The notes below the pieces were generated by a model, which saw only the letters and a program-made list of their open reading frames with translations, was not told the origin of the DNA and did not search any database. From Spirochaetia bacterium (lineage in GTDB: Bacteria; Spirochaetota; Spirochaetia; SZUA-6; Bin103), in contig CBDAOI010000004.1 of the NCBI GenBank assembly GCA_965198005.1, forward strand, positions 1,984,001 through 2,048,000: DNA of 64,000 bases. Reading direction: 5' to 3'. This document shows, piece after piece, positions 49,890 to 60,616 of this stretch. Each line of letters opens with the position of its first letter. Positions within the stretch are counted from its first letter, which is position 1. The position numbers were made by a program, and so were the translations under genes.

Positions 49890-51581
49890 CTACCTGAGCG
49901 CCGGGTGGCTGACCTGCAGGGTCTGCCCGGCGGCCACGTCTGACAGCTGGGTGCGCCTGCCGTCGGGCCACTCGATCTCGACGTCGCATGCGGTCGCGGC
50001 GCCGAGGCCGAACACCTGCTCGAGGGGATTCTGCGACAGGTAGTTGCTGCCGAGCGTTAGCTCGCGCATGGCGCTGCGCGTCTGGCCGGCGTGGGTGGTG
50101 CGCACGGTGATGCGGGCGCCGACCGCCTGGGTGTTGGGCGGCAGGCCACGCAGCTGAACCCGCAGGAAGTTCGCGCCACGCGACTCGTTTTCCCAGAGTG
50201 TCGCGCCTTCGTGCAGGAGGAGGATGTCGACGTCGCCGTCGTTGTCGAAGTCGGCGCACACCGCGGCACGGCCGAGCTCGGCGTCGTCCAGACCGAGGGG
50301 CCCGGCCCGATCAGTGAAGGTGCCATCACCGGCGTTGACGAAGGCGCGCGAGCGGTCGGCGGTGTAGTCGGCCTCGACGGTGCTTCCCAGCCCGACCCAG
50401 CCGTTGGTGTGATAGATGTCGAGGTCGCCGTCGTTTTCGAAGTCGATGGCGCACGCCGCCCAGCCCCAGCCGCCGTCGACCACGCCGGCCTGATCGGTGG
50501 CGTCGACGAAGGTGCCGCCGTCGTTGCGGTAGAGCCGGTTGCCGCGAAACGGATCCGGCGTGTGGCCCTCACCGCCGTAGTAGACGCTGCTGACGAACCA
50601 GTCGAGGTCGCCGTCGTTGTCGAAGTCGGCCACGGCCGAGCCCATCCCGTGGTCGTCGATCATGACGCCGGTATCGGTGATGTTGCGAAAGGTGCCGTCG
50701 CCGTTGTTGAGGAACGCCTGGGAGCGATTGAAGTCGGCGACGAACAGCAGGTCGGGGTAGCGGTCGTCGTCGATGCGGGCAAAGGTGGGGGTGAAGGTCC
50801 AGTCGCGCTCGCGGGACGGGTGGCCCTCGGCGAACGGCTCCTCCGGATCGGGCAGCGTCAGGATGGAGGGCGAGATGCCGGCGGCGACGCTGACGCTGGT
50901 GAAGCGGATGCGCTCGCCGCTGCTGTCGTTACGCCACAGATGCTCGGTCTCGGGGGCCTCATCGGCGCTGCGTTGCAGCGGCGGCCCGTAGGCGACGCCG
51001 GCGCCGCGCCACGAGCCCCAGTGGGCGAGCGCCAGGTCGAGGTCGCCATCCAGGTCGTAGTCGCCGAACGCCGCCGAGAAGGTCTGCTCGGCATTCATGG
51101 TGTCGATGCCGGAACCGGCGGTGACGTCGTGGAAGGTGCCGTCGCCGTTGTTGCGGAACAGCAGCGACGGGTCGTCATGCAGCCCGCCAAGGAACAGATC
51201 CAGGTCGCCGTCGCCATCGATGTCGGCGAAGGTGGCGCCGGCGTGGCGGTAGTTGAGGCCCGCGGAGCGGGTGTAGGCCAGGCCGGCCGCCGCTGCCACC
51301 TCCGTGAAGCGGAGGCCGCCGTCGTTGCGGTACAACAGATTGGGGCCGATGTCGCCGCGGACGATGAACAGGTCGATGTCGCCGTCGTTGTCGTAGTCGC
51401 CGGCGGCGACGCTGCTTCGCGCCATCAGCCCGACGAAGGCAAACCCGTCGACGTCGAGGAACCCACTCTCGAACTCGATGCCGGAGCGGTCGGTGACCTC
51501 GCGGAACAGGGCATCGGCGCCGGCGGGGAGGCAGCCCAGTGCCAGGGCGAGCGCCGCGCCGGCTCGGAGCGCGCCGCTCAC
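49890..51581 (-). CDS. CRTAC1-like secreted FG-GAP/ASPIC-UnbV protein
   Basis: GTG start overlapping dppC stop (GTGA); signal peptide; [11 protein letters not shown] repeats. Confidence 0.88.
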   Translation of the reverse strand: MSGALRAGAALALALGCLPAGADALFREVTDRSGIEFESGFLDVDGFAFVGLMARSSVAAGDYDNDGDIDLFIVRGDIGPNLLYRNDGGLRFTEVAAAAGLAYTRSAGLNYRHAGATFADIDGDGDLDLFLGGLHDDPSLLFRNNGDGTFHDVTAGSGIDTMNAEQTFSAAFGDYDLDGDLDLALAHWGSWRGAGVAYGPPLQRSADEAPETEHLWRNDSSGERIRFTSVSVAAGISPSILTLPDPEEPFAEGHPSRERDWTFTPTFARIDDDRYPDLLFVADFNRSQAFLNNGDGTFRNITDTGVMIDDHGMGSAVADFDNDGDLDWFVSSVYYGGEGHTPDPFRGNRLYRNDGGTFVDATDQAGVVDGGWGWAACAIDFENDGDLDIYHTNGWVGLGSTVEADYTADRSRAFVNAGDGTFTDRAGPLGLDDAELGRAAVCADFDNDGDVDILLLHEGATLWENESRGANFLRVQLRGLPPNTQAVGARITVRTTHAGQTRSAMRELTLGSNYLSQNPLEQVFGLGAATACDVEIEWPDGRRTQLSDVAAGQTLQVSHPALR

Positions 51582-52546
51582 TCCCCGGCGGCCGGGGTTT
51601 CCAGCAGCCGCCGCGCGCCCCGGCTGCGGTCGTAGCGGCCGGTACCGCCGCGCAGCCGCGGGTCGAGCAGGTCGCGCACCGCGTCGCCGAAGTTGTTCAG
51701 GCAGTACACAGTGATGGTCAGAGCCAGCCCCGGCCACAGAGCAAGATGAGGCGCCTGCTCCATGTACCGCCGCCCCTCCCTGCTCAGCAGGCCGCCCCAG
51801 CTCGGCACCTCGATCGGCAGCCCGAAGCCGAGGAAGCTCAACGACGCCTCGCTGATGATGACGCCACCGATGTTGATGCTGAAGATGACCACCAGCACCG
51901 GCGCAATGTTGGGAATCACGTGGCGGAGAATTGTCCGACCCGTGGGACTGCCGACGGTCCGCGCAGCCTGGAAGTACATGTTCTCGCGCACGCCGATGAC
52001 CGCGCCGCGCACCACCCGCGAACCGACGATGCCGCCCGAGACGCCGAGGGTAACGATGATCTGCGGTATCCCGCGGCCGACGATCGACATGATCGTCAAC
52101 AGCAGCAGCAAGCCGGGGAACGCCATCCAGGCATCGACGAATCGCTGGGTAACCAGATCGAGCCGGCCGCCGACAAAACCCGACACCCCGCCCACCAGGA
52201 GGGCTACCACGACGTTGAGCGCCGTGGCCGACAGACCGACGAATAGCGACAGCCGCGCACCGTAGATGATGCGCGTCAGCAGGTCGCGGCCCAGGTGATC
52301 GGTGCCCAGCCAATGCGCCGCCGAGGCCCCCTGCAGCCGGTTCTTGGCGTTGACCTCGAAGATGTCGTAGGGCGCCAGCGTGCCGGCAAAGATGCTGACG
52401 ATGATCAGCAGCGCCACCACCACGGCGCTGGCCGTGCCTAGGGGCTTCTCTCTGATCAGCCGCGTAAAGAAACGAGTTGATGATCGCTTGGCCTGCGTAA
52501 CCGAGCCGGCCGAAGGGGCCGCGGTGGCGGTGGCAACATCACCCAT
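51578..52546 (-). CDS. ABC transporter permease, DppC/OppC type
   Basis: LGTDHLGRD; GDAVRDLLDPR. Confidence 0.93.
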   Translation of the reverse strand: MGDVATATAAPSAGSVTQAKRSSTRFFTRLIREKPLGTASAVVVALLIIVSIFAGTLAPYDIFEVNAKNRLQGASAAHWLGTDHLGRDLLTRIIYGARLSLFVGLSATALNVVVALLVGGVSGFVGGRLDLVTQRFVDAWMAFPGLLLLLTIMSIVGRGIPQIIVTLGVSGGIVGSRVVRGAVIGVRENMYFQAARTVGSPTGRTILRHVIPNIAPVLVVIFSINIGGVIISEASLSFLGFGLPIEVPSWGGLLSREGRRYMEQAPHLALWPGLALTITVYCLNNFGDAVRDLLDPRLRGGTGRYDRSRGARRLLETPAAGE

Positions 52547-52558
52547 GCTGGGCCCCCA

Positions 52559-53515
52559 CTACTGGTACCGAACCCTCGGGTCCAGAGCGACGTAGAGCAG
52601 ATCGATGAGCAGGTTGATCACCAGCACTCCGGCGCCGAAGAACAGGTTTACTCCCGAGACCACCGGGTAGTCGCGATCCTGCAGCGCCACCAGCATCAGC
52701 TGGCCCATGCCGGGCAGATTGAAGATGTTCTCGATGATCACCGACCCGCCCACCAACAGCGGAACCGCCAGGCCGATGGCGGATAACACCGGGATCATCG
52801 CGTTCTTGATGGCGTGGCGAAGAACGACCATCCGCTCGCGCAGACCCTTGGCCCACGCCGTACGCACGTAGTCCTGGCGCAGCACCTCGAGCATCATCGT
52901 ACGCGTAATGCGCATCGTGCCTGCCGAGAGGGCGGTGCCGAGGATGATGCTGGGGATGATGAACACCCCCAGGCTTTCCCATGGGTTCTGCGAGAACCGC
53001 ACCATGATGATGGGGGGTTGCCAGTTCCACCACAGCGCCGGGTAGATGATCACCATCAAGGCCAGCCAGAAGTTGGGTGTGGCCAACCCCAACACGGCGA
53101 CCGTCCTCCCCGCATAGTCGGCGGCGGTGTCCTGACGAATGGCGGAGAAGATGCCCACCGGCAGGGCGATGACCATGGCGATGACCAGCGCCATCAGCCC
53201 CAGCTGGAAGGTGGGTCCAGCGCGCACCCAGATCTTGGCTTCCACCGTGTCCTTGCCGAGCAGGGAGTCGCCCAGCGTGCCGCGCAGCAGGATGTCGCCG
53301 ATCCAGCGTACGTACTGGACATGGACTGGGACGTCGAGCCCGAGGATGCGCTCCAGCTGCTCGCGGTCCAGCGGCTCGGCAACGTAGTCCATCCGGCTCT
53401 CCAGCGCGCTGATGATGTCGCCAGGGATGAAGCGGACCGAGAGGAACACCAGCGCGCTGAGAATCAGCAGCGTGGGCACCATGAGCAGGAGTCTCCTGAT
53501 CACGTAGGCTCGCAA
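52559..53515 (-). CDS. ABC transporter permease, DppB/OppB type
   Basis: TTG start; QDYVRTAWAKGL; LDPRVRY. Confidence 0.93.
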   Translation of the reverse strand: MRAYVIRRLLLMVPTLLILSALVFLSVRFIPGDIISALESRMDYVAEPLDREQLERILGLDVPVHVQYVRWIGDILLRGTLGDSLLGKDTVEAKIWVRAGPTFQLGLMALVIAMVIALPVGIFSAIRQDTAADYAGRTVAVLGLATPNFWLALMVIIYPALWWNWQPPIIMVRFSQNPWESLGVFIIPSIILGTALSAGTMRITRTMMLEVLRQDYVRTAWAKGLRERMVVLRHAIKNAMIPVLSAIGLAVPLLVGGSVIIENIFNLPGMGQLMLVALQDRDYPVVSGVNLFFGAGVLVINLLIDLLYVALDPRVRYQ

Positions 53516-53537
53516 GTTAGTTTCCTCTGGTGATAGG

Positions 53538-53568
53538 GGTGGGGTGGCAGCCGATCTGCCACCCCACC
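53538..53568. terminator. Intercistronic stem-loop (also at 62565-62589)
   Basis: GGTGGGGTGGCAG-ccgat-CTGCCACCCCACC; no clear U-tract. Confidence 0.45.
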
Positions 53569-53576
53569 GTTAGCGA

Positions 53577-55394
53577 CTAATTGACGTATTGGTCGCGAAG
53601 CTGCTCGTCGATCCAGAGGCGGGCGAAGAACACCGGCCCCCAATCCATGAAGCCCAGAACTATCTCGCCGTTGTAGCCGACGATCCACGGCTGCAGGACA
53701 AAGTGCTGGGGAATGCGCGGCGACCACAGGTACCAGTGGAGCTCGGTCAGCCGCATGTCCGCCTCTTTCGAGAGCCGGGTGTACTCCGCCTGATCGGTCG
53801 TCTCAACAGCGGCGTCGATCAGTGCGTTCAGCTCCGGGTCGTCCCCCAGGGGAATGTTCCAGGTCGCGCCGGGATAGGCGGTACCGCGGAGCGTGCCCGC
53901 CGGATCGCCGGTGGTAGTGCCGGATTCGCGGCTGGTCATCCCCTCCGCCGCGCCGCTCTGCGCGAACGCTACGTAGGTTGCGCCCTCCATGGGATTGATC
54001 TCTACCGTGACGCCGATCTCGCGCCAGTACGCCGCCGCTAGCTCGAAGTAGCCGAGGTCGCGGCCCTCCCACACGTCCCAGGGGACGGTGAAGCGGACGC
54101 CATCGGCGCCGCGTGGATAGCCGGCCTCGTCCAACAGCCGCTCGGCGCCCACCGTGTCATAGCTGTAGTAACCCTGCAGCTCGGCCGGCCACTGCTCGAA
54201 GGGGGTGTGATACTTGCCAGAGTAGAAGCCGATGAGGCCCTCCGGCTTCCATTCCGCGCGCCCCTTGAAGTAGTCGTCGTTCATGGTCTCCAGGTCGAGG
54301 GCCATCTGCATCGCGTGGCGCACGCGGATGTCGCTGAACGGCTCCATGGTGACGGCGAAGCCGCCGACCGTCTCGGCACGGAATAAGCGCTTGTAGTACT
54401 GCAGCTCGGGATTGCTGGCCTGCAGGTTGTCGATGTCGTCCATCGAGACGATCTGTGCGGTACCATTATTGGAAAGGGAGTCGATCTTGCGGCTGCGCAC
54501 GGCCGCCATGTGTGTGGCCGGCTCCTTCATCAGCACGCCCTGGACGCTGTCGATGTAGGGCAACCGGTTCTCCGGGAATTTCTCGTCGAAACCCCAGTAA
54601 TCGTCGACCCGTTCCCAGGTCATGGTGCTGTCCTCCACCCAGTCGACCAGCTGGAACGGTCCGGTGCCGACATTGACGCGATAGTCCTGGATGTCACCGT
54701 GCTGCTCGATGACCTCGGGCGCGATGATGCTGGCGTTTCGGATCGTCCAGATAATGTTGAGGAGCGGCTCGCGCAGCGTGCGGGTGAACTTGAACTCGAC
54801 CGTACGGTCGTCGAGGGCGGTCACCGACGCGAACTGCCCGGTGAGGGCCATGGCCGGCGATGGCTCGGTAAAGCCACTGCCGTTGCCGAGAATCCGGTGG
54901 TAGGTGAACTCGACGTCCCTGGCGGTCAGCTTGCGGCCGTTGACCGGCGGCTTGTCGTGCCAGAACACGTCGTCGCGCATCGTGAAGATCATGGTCAGGT
55001 CGTCGGGCATCTCCCAGCTCTCCGCCAGCCATCCCTTGAACACCGACTCCGGAAGCACGTCGCTCCGATAGTCGAAGATGCTGCGATCGAGCGCCCAGTC
55101 GCCGATGGCCAGCTTCTCATTCACACCGCTCATTGCCGGGTTGGCGTGATGGCTGAACCAGGGGTCGGAGCTCGGCGGGAAGGACTTCGCGGCAAAGCTG
55201 ATCGAGCCGCCGTACCGCGGCGCCAGGACCATCTCACCGGTCGCGGGGTCGCGAACCATCGTTCGGTCGGCGGCCGCCGCGGTGTCGCTCTCGCCGCCAC
55301 CGCCGGCGAAGGCGCCGGTCGCGGTCAAAACCAGGACCAGCGCAATCGCGAGGGTCCTTGTAGTGCGTACGATATAATTCATGGTTTTCTCCAT
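53577..55394 (-). CDS. ABC substrate-binding protein family 5 (start 55394 or 55382)
   Basis: Signal peptide; LAESWE; VGTGPF; LLDEAGY. Confidence 0.93.
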   Translation of the reverse strand: MEKTMNYIVRTTRTLAIALVLVLTATGAFAGGGGESDTAAAADRTMVRDPATGEMVLAPRYGGSISFAAKSFPPSSDPWFSHHANPAMSGVNEKLAIGDWALDRSIFDYRSDVLPESVFKGWLAESWEMPDDLTMIFTMRDDVFWHDKPPVNGRKLTARDVEFTYHRILGNGSGFTEPSPAMALTGQFASVTALDDRTVEFKFTRTLREPLLNIIWTIRNASIIAPEVIEQHGDIQDYRVNVGTGPFQLVDWVEDSTMTWERVDDYWGFDEKFPENRLPYIDSVQGVLMKEPATHMAAVRSRKIDSLSNNGTAQIVSMDDIDNLQASNPELQYYKRLFRAETVGGFAVTMEPFSDIRVRHAMQMALDLETMNDDYFKGRAEWKPEGLIGFYSGKYHTPFEQWPAELQGYYSYDTVGAERLLDEAGYPRGADGVRFTVPWDVWEGRDLGYFELAAAYWREIGVTVEINPMEGATYVAFAQSGAAEGMTSRESGTTTGDPAGTLRGTAYPGATWNIPLGDDPELNALIDAAVETTDQAEYTRLSKEADMRLTELHWYLWSPRIPQHFVLQPWIVGYNGEIVLGFMDWGPVFFARLWIDEQLRDQYVN

Positions 55395-55404
55395 AAATGT
55401 ATTC

Positions 55405-55575
55405 TCGAGAGTATTGCGGAGCGGATTGCCGCTCCCTGGCTACTCTCAGGCGCGCAACGCTTGCCGCCAGTTTGAGTCAAATGGCTGAAGCGCGCGGCGT
55501 GTGACTCACCGGGTTTAGCCGGGCTCACGCCGCGCGCGCCCACGGCTCTTTGAGTACCATCTTGACCTCCTTCTT
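55405..55575 (-). promoter_or_regulatory. Conserved SBP leader: SD + uORF MVLKEPWARAA* (55525-55560) + two predicted pseudoknots
   Basis: AAGGAGGT SD; same four stems as the other copies. Confidence 0.75.
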
Positions 55576-55867
55576 CCTCACGTCGGGGTGCCTCGCGGCG
55601 ACTGTGGTGAGGGAGTACGAGCGTGAATGGCCGGCAACGCCGGCGGTGGGTTTTGCTGGCAGTCGGTCGCGGGCGGCGACCCGGGACGGTTGTGGTCAAC
55701 GGGAAGGGCGCGGGCGGTCTGCATGCCGGTTTGGCGATGGACCGGGCCGGCGCCACCGATAGCTATAGCTACGGCGGTGGTGAAGGCGCCCGCGGGCGCG
55801 GGGTCGCGAACGGGGCGATCAGCCGGAGCGGTTAGTTGTTTGTCGGTTCGAAAAGCTGGGGGGGGGG

Positions 55868-57507
55868 CATAAGCGCTAACTTGTTGTGGGGGCCTACAGG
55901 GGTCGTGCATGACTTTACTGTGCAACCGTACCACGGACGTGCGACTCGGATCAACCAGCCGCGTCGAAAAAATCGAAGAAATCTGGCAGCTCATGGCTCT
56001 ACGGTGCGACCGTAGCACGGACCCGTGACTCGGGTCAACTACCTGCGTCGAAGAAATCTGGCGGCTCATGGCTCTACCGTGCGACCGTAGCACGGACCTG
56101 CGACTCGGGTCAACCACGCAGATCGAAGTAAGCTGACAACTGAGACAGCCGGCGCCGTGGCGGCTCAGGCGGCTCACCGCCGCCGGGGCGCCGCTTTTGG
56201 CCAGCGCCGCAATCCGCGAGATAGCGTGCCACTGGTGAACCATGCGCGCCAGTGGCAGAGCCGGTTCGATGGTGCGGGTGACCTGGCCCAGCACGAACCT
56301 GAAGTCACGCCACGCACGGGGTGGCCGCTGACGGCGCCAACTCGTATCCCCAGGGGGAAATAGCGCTGGCATGGCGGATCAGCTTCTCGACCAGGAGCGC
56401 AACCAGCAGCTTGCCGTACAGCCACGCTTTGGCGCTGTCGTCGTCGTATTTCGGCAGGTGGCCCAACTGCGCCAACGATTTGAACCGTTTGAACACCAAC
56501 TCCACCTGCCAGCGAATGCGATACCACTCCAGAATCTCGGCGGCACTGAAGGTCGCCGCCGGAAAGGTGGTGAACACGATCACGTATTCGGCAAACCTCA
56601 GCGTGTCCGCTTGCGTCCGCTTACCCCTGCGTGCTGCTTCCTGGCGGACTTTGCGGTGCGCCAGCTTGATCGCTGCTGCCGACTTGCGCAGCGCGCACAC
56701 TCGACCGGGTACGGTTCTGGCCGGTTGTGCTCTGTCATCCTTGATCACCACCTGCGTTGTCCACGACTTGGTGGCGCCGGCACGCTTCAGCGAACTGACC
56801 GCGGCGAGCAGGTCGAACCGCTCACCCTGGGTTGTGCGCAGCCCCAGCGCACCGGTATTGACGCGTACGATGAGCTGACCGCCGGCGGCCGCCACATAAC
56901 CGATACCGCGGGCTGTCGAGTAACCGCGATCGGCCACTACATGATCGCCGGCGCGGATCGGGAACTGAACCAACGATTCGCCGGTGCCCGGCCCCTCGGT
57001 TGGCGTGAGCCTGAAGAAGTCGCACGCCAGCGACGGCAGGCATACGCTCCAGTGGATGCGCCACAGCGCTCCGGTCTTGCCCGGTTCCTTCACGGTGGTG
57101 GCGTCAAACGCCCTGATTTGAAAGCCGCCGTCGGTCGCCACCGCGATGCCGTGTTCCTGAAACAGCCGAACGCACAGGGCGTACAACCAGTCCTTTGATT
57201 TCCGCAGGCGCTTCAGCAGAGCTACATCGGACAGATCGGCGAGATTCGCCTGCCGCGCCCGCACCACGGTCTCACGCAACGAGTGCCCGCAGCCCAGATG
57301 GATCAAGAGCGTGCGCAGCAGGTTGTCCACCGATTTGTACTTGCGCAACCCCTTCAGCGCCCCGGCACCCTCCGCCAACTCCCGCCAGTCACTCGGCAGG
57401 AACGACACCAGCAGTTCCCAATCCTCGTCCACCGCGCTTGCCCTCCCCGTCGCGTATCTGGATTCACGATACGCCAATCGGGCAGCAAAAACAAGTTAGC
57501 GCTTATG
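55868..57507 (-). mobile_element. IS4-family insertion sequence
   Basis: Perfect 18-bp IRs CATAAGCGCTAACTTGTT / AACAAGTTAGCGCTTATG; poly-G on both flanks. Confidence 0.9.
56305..57477 (-). CDS. IS4-family DDE transposase
   Basis: FDATT; ADRGY; Y.IRWQVELVFKRFKS (YREK motif). Confidence 0.92.
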   Translation of the reverse strand: MAYRESRYATGRASAVDEDWELLVSFLPSDWRELAEGAGALKGLRKYKSVDNLLRTLLIHLGCGHSLRETVVRARQANLADLSDVALLKRLRKSKDWLYALCVRLFQEHGIAVATDGGFQIRAFDATTVKEPGKTGALWRIHWSVCLPSLACDFFRLTPTEGPGTGESLVQFPIRAGDHVVADRGYSTARGIGYVAAAGGQLIVRVNTGALGLRTTQGERFDLLAAVSSLKRAGATKSWTTQVVIKDDRAQPARTVPGRVCALRKSAAAIKLAHRKVRQEAARRGKRTQADTLRFAEYVIVFTTFPAATFSAAEILEWYRIRWQVELVFKRFKSLAQLGHLPKYDDDSAKAWLYGKLLVALLVEKLIRHASAISPWGYELAPSAATPCVA

Positions 57508-57519
57508 GGGGGGGGGATT

Positions 57520-57945
57520 GATGCACCGGTCGCGTCACCGCCAACCGGCCACTGTGCTTACGCGCCCCATGCCATCCTGGCACGTCATCATGGCAGTTCA
57601 TCACCGATCCGTCGAGCCCCACGCGAGGCAAGCTAGCATAGGAGCGGCGCGGCGTCAACGACTCGTGGGCGTCACCGGGGTGAGCGAAGGTCACCGGCAA
57701 CCGGTCACTGCGCTGACGCCGGAATCTCAGGGGGGGCGCTGGAAACGTGGCCTACGGGCGCGCGCGCCAGCGCTGGCGCGTCATCGTGACGCGTCATTTG
57801 CATTTGCCGAACCCCTAACGGGGCACTCTCTCGCGAGTGCAGCTACGTCCCCCTTGGCCGGGGCCTCTCGGGCTGCCCCCTTGGCCCCACGGGTGGGCAT
57901 GCCGCCGGCCGCTGCGGAGGCGCGCCCGGAAAGCGCCCGACCAGG
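57520..57945 (-). repeat. Promoter-like unit array and mosaic repeat remnant
   Basis: Homologous to 8820-8990 and 9520-9610; TTGACG-N17-TAGCTT unit near 57658. Confidence 0.8.
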
Positions 57946-58088
57946 TCGTTCTGTCCCGCGTAATCATAGATCCGTGAGTCGGGGGAGTCGTCCAATCCAA
58001 GACTGATCACGTGTTCGGAACCCGGGAACTTATCGCCCAACGTCTGAAGGAGGCTTCGTGGAAGATTCTGGTCGAGAAGAAGTTTCAC
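57843..58088 (-). pseudogene. DUF5615 PIN-like toxin, 3'-truncated by the repeat
   Basis: MKLLLDQNLP...HV..LGL....D..I..YA. Confidence 0.75.
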
Positions 58089-58312
58089 CCGTGACTGGAG
58101 GCCAGCCTTCGTTCCCTTGCTGCGGCGAACTGAAGGACTGCCAGTACGTCATCGCGGGTAAGTTCGGGGAACTCACTCAGAAGCTCGTCCGTTGACATTC
58201 CTCCCGCCAGGTATTCGAGAACGTCGTAGACCGTGATGCGGGTCCCTCGAATGCACGGCTTGCCCGAACGCCGGGCCGGATCAATGACTATGTGATCCAG
58301 GAGATCTTTCAT
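58085..58312 (-). CDS. DUF433 antitoxin
   Basis: DPARRSGKPCIRGTRITVYDVLEYLAGGM..DELL..FPELT..DV.A.L.FAA. Confidence 0.9.
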   Translation of the reverse strand: MKDLLDHIVIDPARRSGKPCIRGTRITVYDVLEYLAGGMSTDELLSEFPELTRDDVLAVLQFAAARERRLASSHG

Positions 58313-58880
58313 GGCATCTCAGGATAGCTGAGATGCCGAGTGGTGAACACGGCTTCATGAGGCCCCGGTTGTCGCGCCTTCACCTGGGCACCGCCACGAC
58401 CGCGCATAGTCTCGCTGTTCGAGCATCACCTTTCCGTACCTCGCTCCACACGCGCACGGGGTCTTGTCGCACAGTTCGGTGCCAACGGTCGTCGCAAAAA
58501 AACGACGAACCGCCGGCGAAGCTGCCTCAGGACCAGAAAGAGCTCCGTTCGTGTGAGAAGCCTGTAACAGTCCGGCGTCGAGGTCGAGCGCCCTTCGGTC
58601 GTGCTCTGCTTGCCTTCGCAAGCGCCGCAACCTTGGGCAATAGCGCCCGCGAGTCCGAGCCATTGAAACCAAGGACGTAACGGGTGAGGTCCGAAGGTCG
58701 GCGCAACTGCGCCAGCCGGCGGCGGTCACGGAGATCCGTGTCCATCCGCCCTATCCGTAGTGGGTTATCTTTTCCGGGTCCTCGATACGGAGCCGTCTGG
58801 TCCCGGCCAACCGCCGCCCGGGCCCCCTCTGGAGCGGGCGCACGTCAGTTTGGGCCCCAAAAAGAGAAAGAGCGGCTGAC

Positions 58881-60599
58881 CTACCTGAGCGCCGGGTGGC
58901 TGACCTGCAGGGTCTGCCCGGCGGCCACGTCTGACAGCTGGGTGCGCCTGCCGTCGGGCCACTCGATCTCGACGTCGCATGCGGTCGCGGCGCCGAGGCC
59001 GAACACCTGCTCGAGGGGATTCTGCGACAGGTAGTTGCTGCCGAGCGTTAGCTCGCGCATGGCGCTGCGCGTCTGACCGGCGTGGGTGGTGCGCACGGTG
59101 ATGCGGGCGCCGACCGCCTGGGTGTTGGGCGGCAGGCCACGCAGCTGAACCCGCAGGAAGTTCGCGCCACGCGACTCGTTTTCCCAGAGTGTCGCGCCTT
59201 CGTGCAGGAGGAGGATGTCGACGTCGCCGTCGTTGTCGAAGTCGGCGCACACCGCGGCACGGCCGAGCTCGGCGTCGTCCAGACCGAGGGGCCCGGCGCG
59301 ATCGGTGAAGGTGCCATCGCCGGCGTTGACGAAGGCGCGCGAGCGGTCGGCGGTGTAGTCGGCCTCGATAGTGCTGCCGAGGCCGACCCAGCCGTTGGTG
59401 TGATAGATGTCGAGGTCGCCGTCGTTCTCGAAGTCGATGGCGCACGCCGCCCAGCCCCAGCCGCCGTCGACCACGCCGGCCTGGTCGGTGGCGTCGACGA
59501 AGGTGCCGCCGTCGTTGCGGTAGAGGCGGTTGCCACGAAACGGATCCGGCGTCTGGCCCTCCCCGCCGTAGAAGACGCTGCTGACGAACCAGTCGAGGTC
59601 GCCATCACCGTCGAAGTCGGCCACCGCCGAGCCCATGCCGTGGTCGTCGATCATCACCCCGGTGTCGGTGACGTTGCGGAACGTGCCGTCGCCGTTGTTG
59701 AGGAACGCCTGCGAGCGATTGAAGTCGGCCACGAACAGCAGGTCCGGGTAGCGGTCGGCGTCGATGCGGGCGAACGTCGGGGTGAAGGTCCAGTCGCGCT
59801 CGCGGGACTGGTGGCCTTCGGCGAAGGGCTCCTCGGGGTCCGGCAGCATCAGGATCGATGGGGAGATGCCGGCAGCGACGCTGACGCTGGTGAAGCGAAT
59901 CCGCTCCGCGCTGCTGTCGTTGCGCCACAGGTGCTCGGTGTCGGGCGGCCGGTCGGGGTCGCGGCGCACGGCCGGGCCGTAGGCGACGCCGGCCCCGCGC
60001 CAGGTGCCCCAGTGCGCGAGGGCCATGTCGAGGTCGCCGTCCAAGTCGTAGTCGCCGAAGGCGGCCGAGAAGGTCTGCTCGGCGTTCATCGTGTCGAGGC
60101 CGGAGCGAGCGGTTACGTCGTCGAAGGTGCCGTCGCCGTTGTTGCGGAACAGCAGCGACGGATCGCCGTGCAGACCGCCGAGAAACAGATCGAGGTCGCC
60201 GTCGCCGTCCAGGTCGGCGAACGTAGCTCCGGCGTGCCGGTAGTTGAGGCCCGCCGCGCGGGTGTAGGCCAGGCCGGCCGCCGCCGCCACCTCGGTGAAA
60301 CGGAGCCGGCCGTCGTTGCGGTACAGCAGGTTGGGGCCGATGTCGCCGCGGACGATGAACAGGTCGATGTCGCCGTCGCCGTCGTAGTCGCCGGCTGCCG
60401 CGCTGCTCCTGGCCATCAGCCCGACGAAGGCGAACCCCTCGACATCAAGGAACCCGCTCTCGAAATCGATGCCAGAGCGGCGGGTGACGTCGCGGAAGAG
60501 GGGGTCACCGGCGGCGATCGGTTCGGCGGGGGTCGCGGACGAACGCAGCGCGAGCGCGGCGATGAAGGCAACTGCGCCGAGCCGCCGGACGCAGCTCAT
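58881..60599 (-). CDS. CRTAC1-like secreted FG-GAP/ASPIC-UnbV protein
   Basis: GGAGGA RBS; signal peptide; paralog of 49890-51581. Confidence 0.88.
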   Translation of the reverse strand: MSCVRRLGAVAFIAALALRSSATPAEPIAAGDPLFRDVTRRSGIDFESGFLDVEGFAFVGLMARSSAAAGDYDGDGDIDLFIVRGDIGPNLLYRNDGRLRFTEVAAAAGLAYTRAAGLNYRHAGATFADLDGDGDLDLFLGGLHGDPSLLFRNNGDGTFDDVTARSGLDTMNAEQTFSAAFGDYDLDGDLDMALAHWGTWRGAGVAYGPAVRRDPDRPPDTEHLWRNDSSAERIRFTSVSVAAGISPSILMLPDPEEPFAEGHQSRERDWTFTPTFARIDADRYPDLLFVADFNRSQAFLNNGDGTFRNVTDTGVMIDDHGMGSAVADFDGDGDLDWFVSSVFYGGEGQTPDPFRGNRLYRNDGGTFVDATDQAGVVDGGWGWAACAIDFENDGDLDIYHTNGWVGLGSTIEADYTADRSRAFVNAGDGTFTDRAGPLGLDDAELGRAAVCADFDNDGDVDILLLHEGATLWENESRGANFLRVQLRGLPPNTQAVGARITVRTTHAGQTRSAMRELTLGSNYLSQNPLEQVFGLGAATACDVEIEWPDGRRTQLSDVAAGQTLQVSHPALR

Positions 60600-60616
60600 T
60601 CCTCCGCGGCCGCGAG

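Noticed and set aside
58330-58720. Possible gene between DUF433 and CRTAC1
   Set aside because: No recognisable motif or consistent frame
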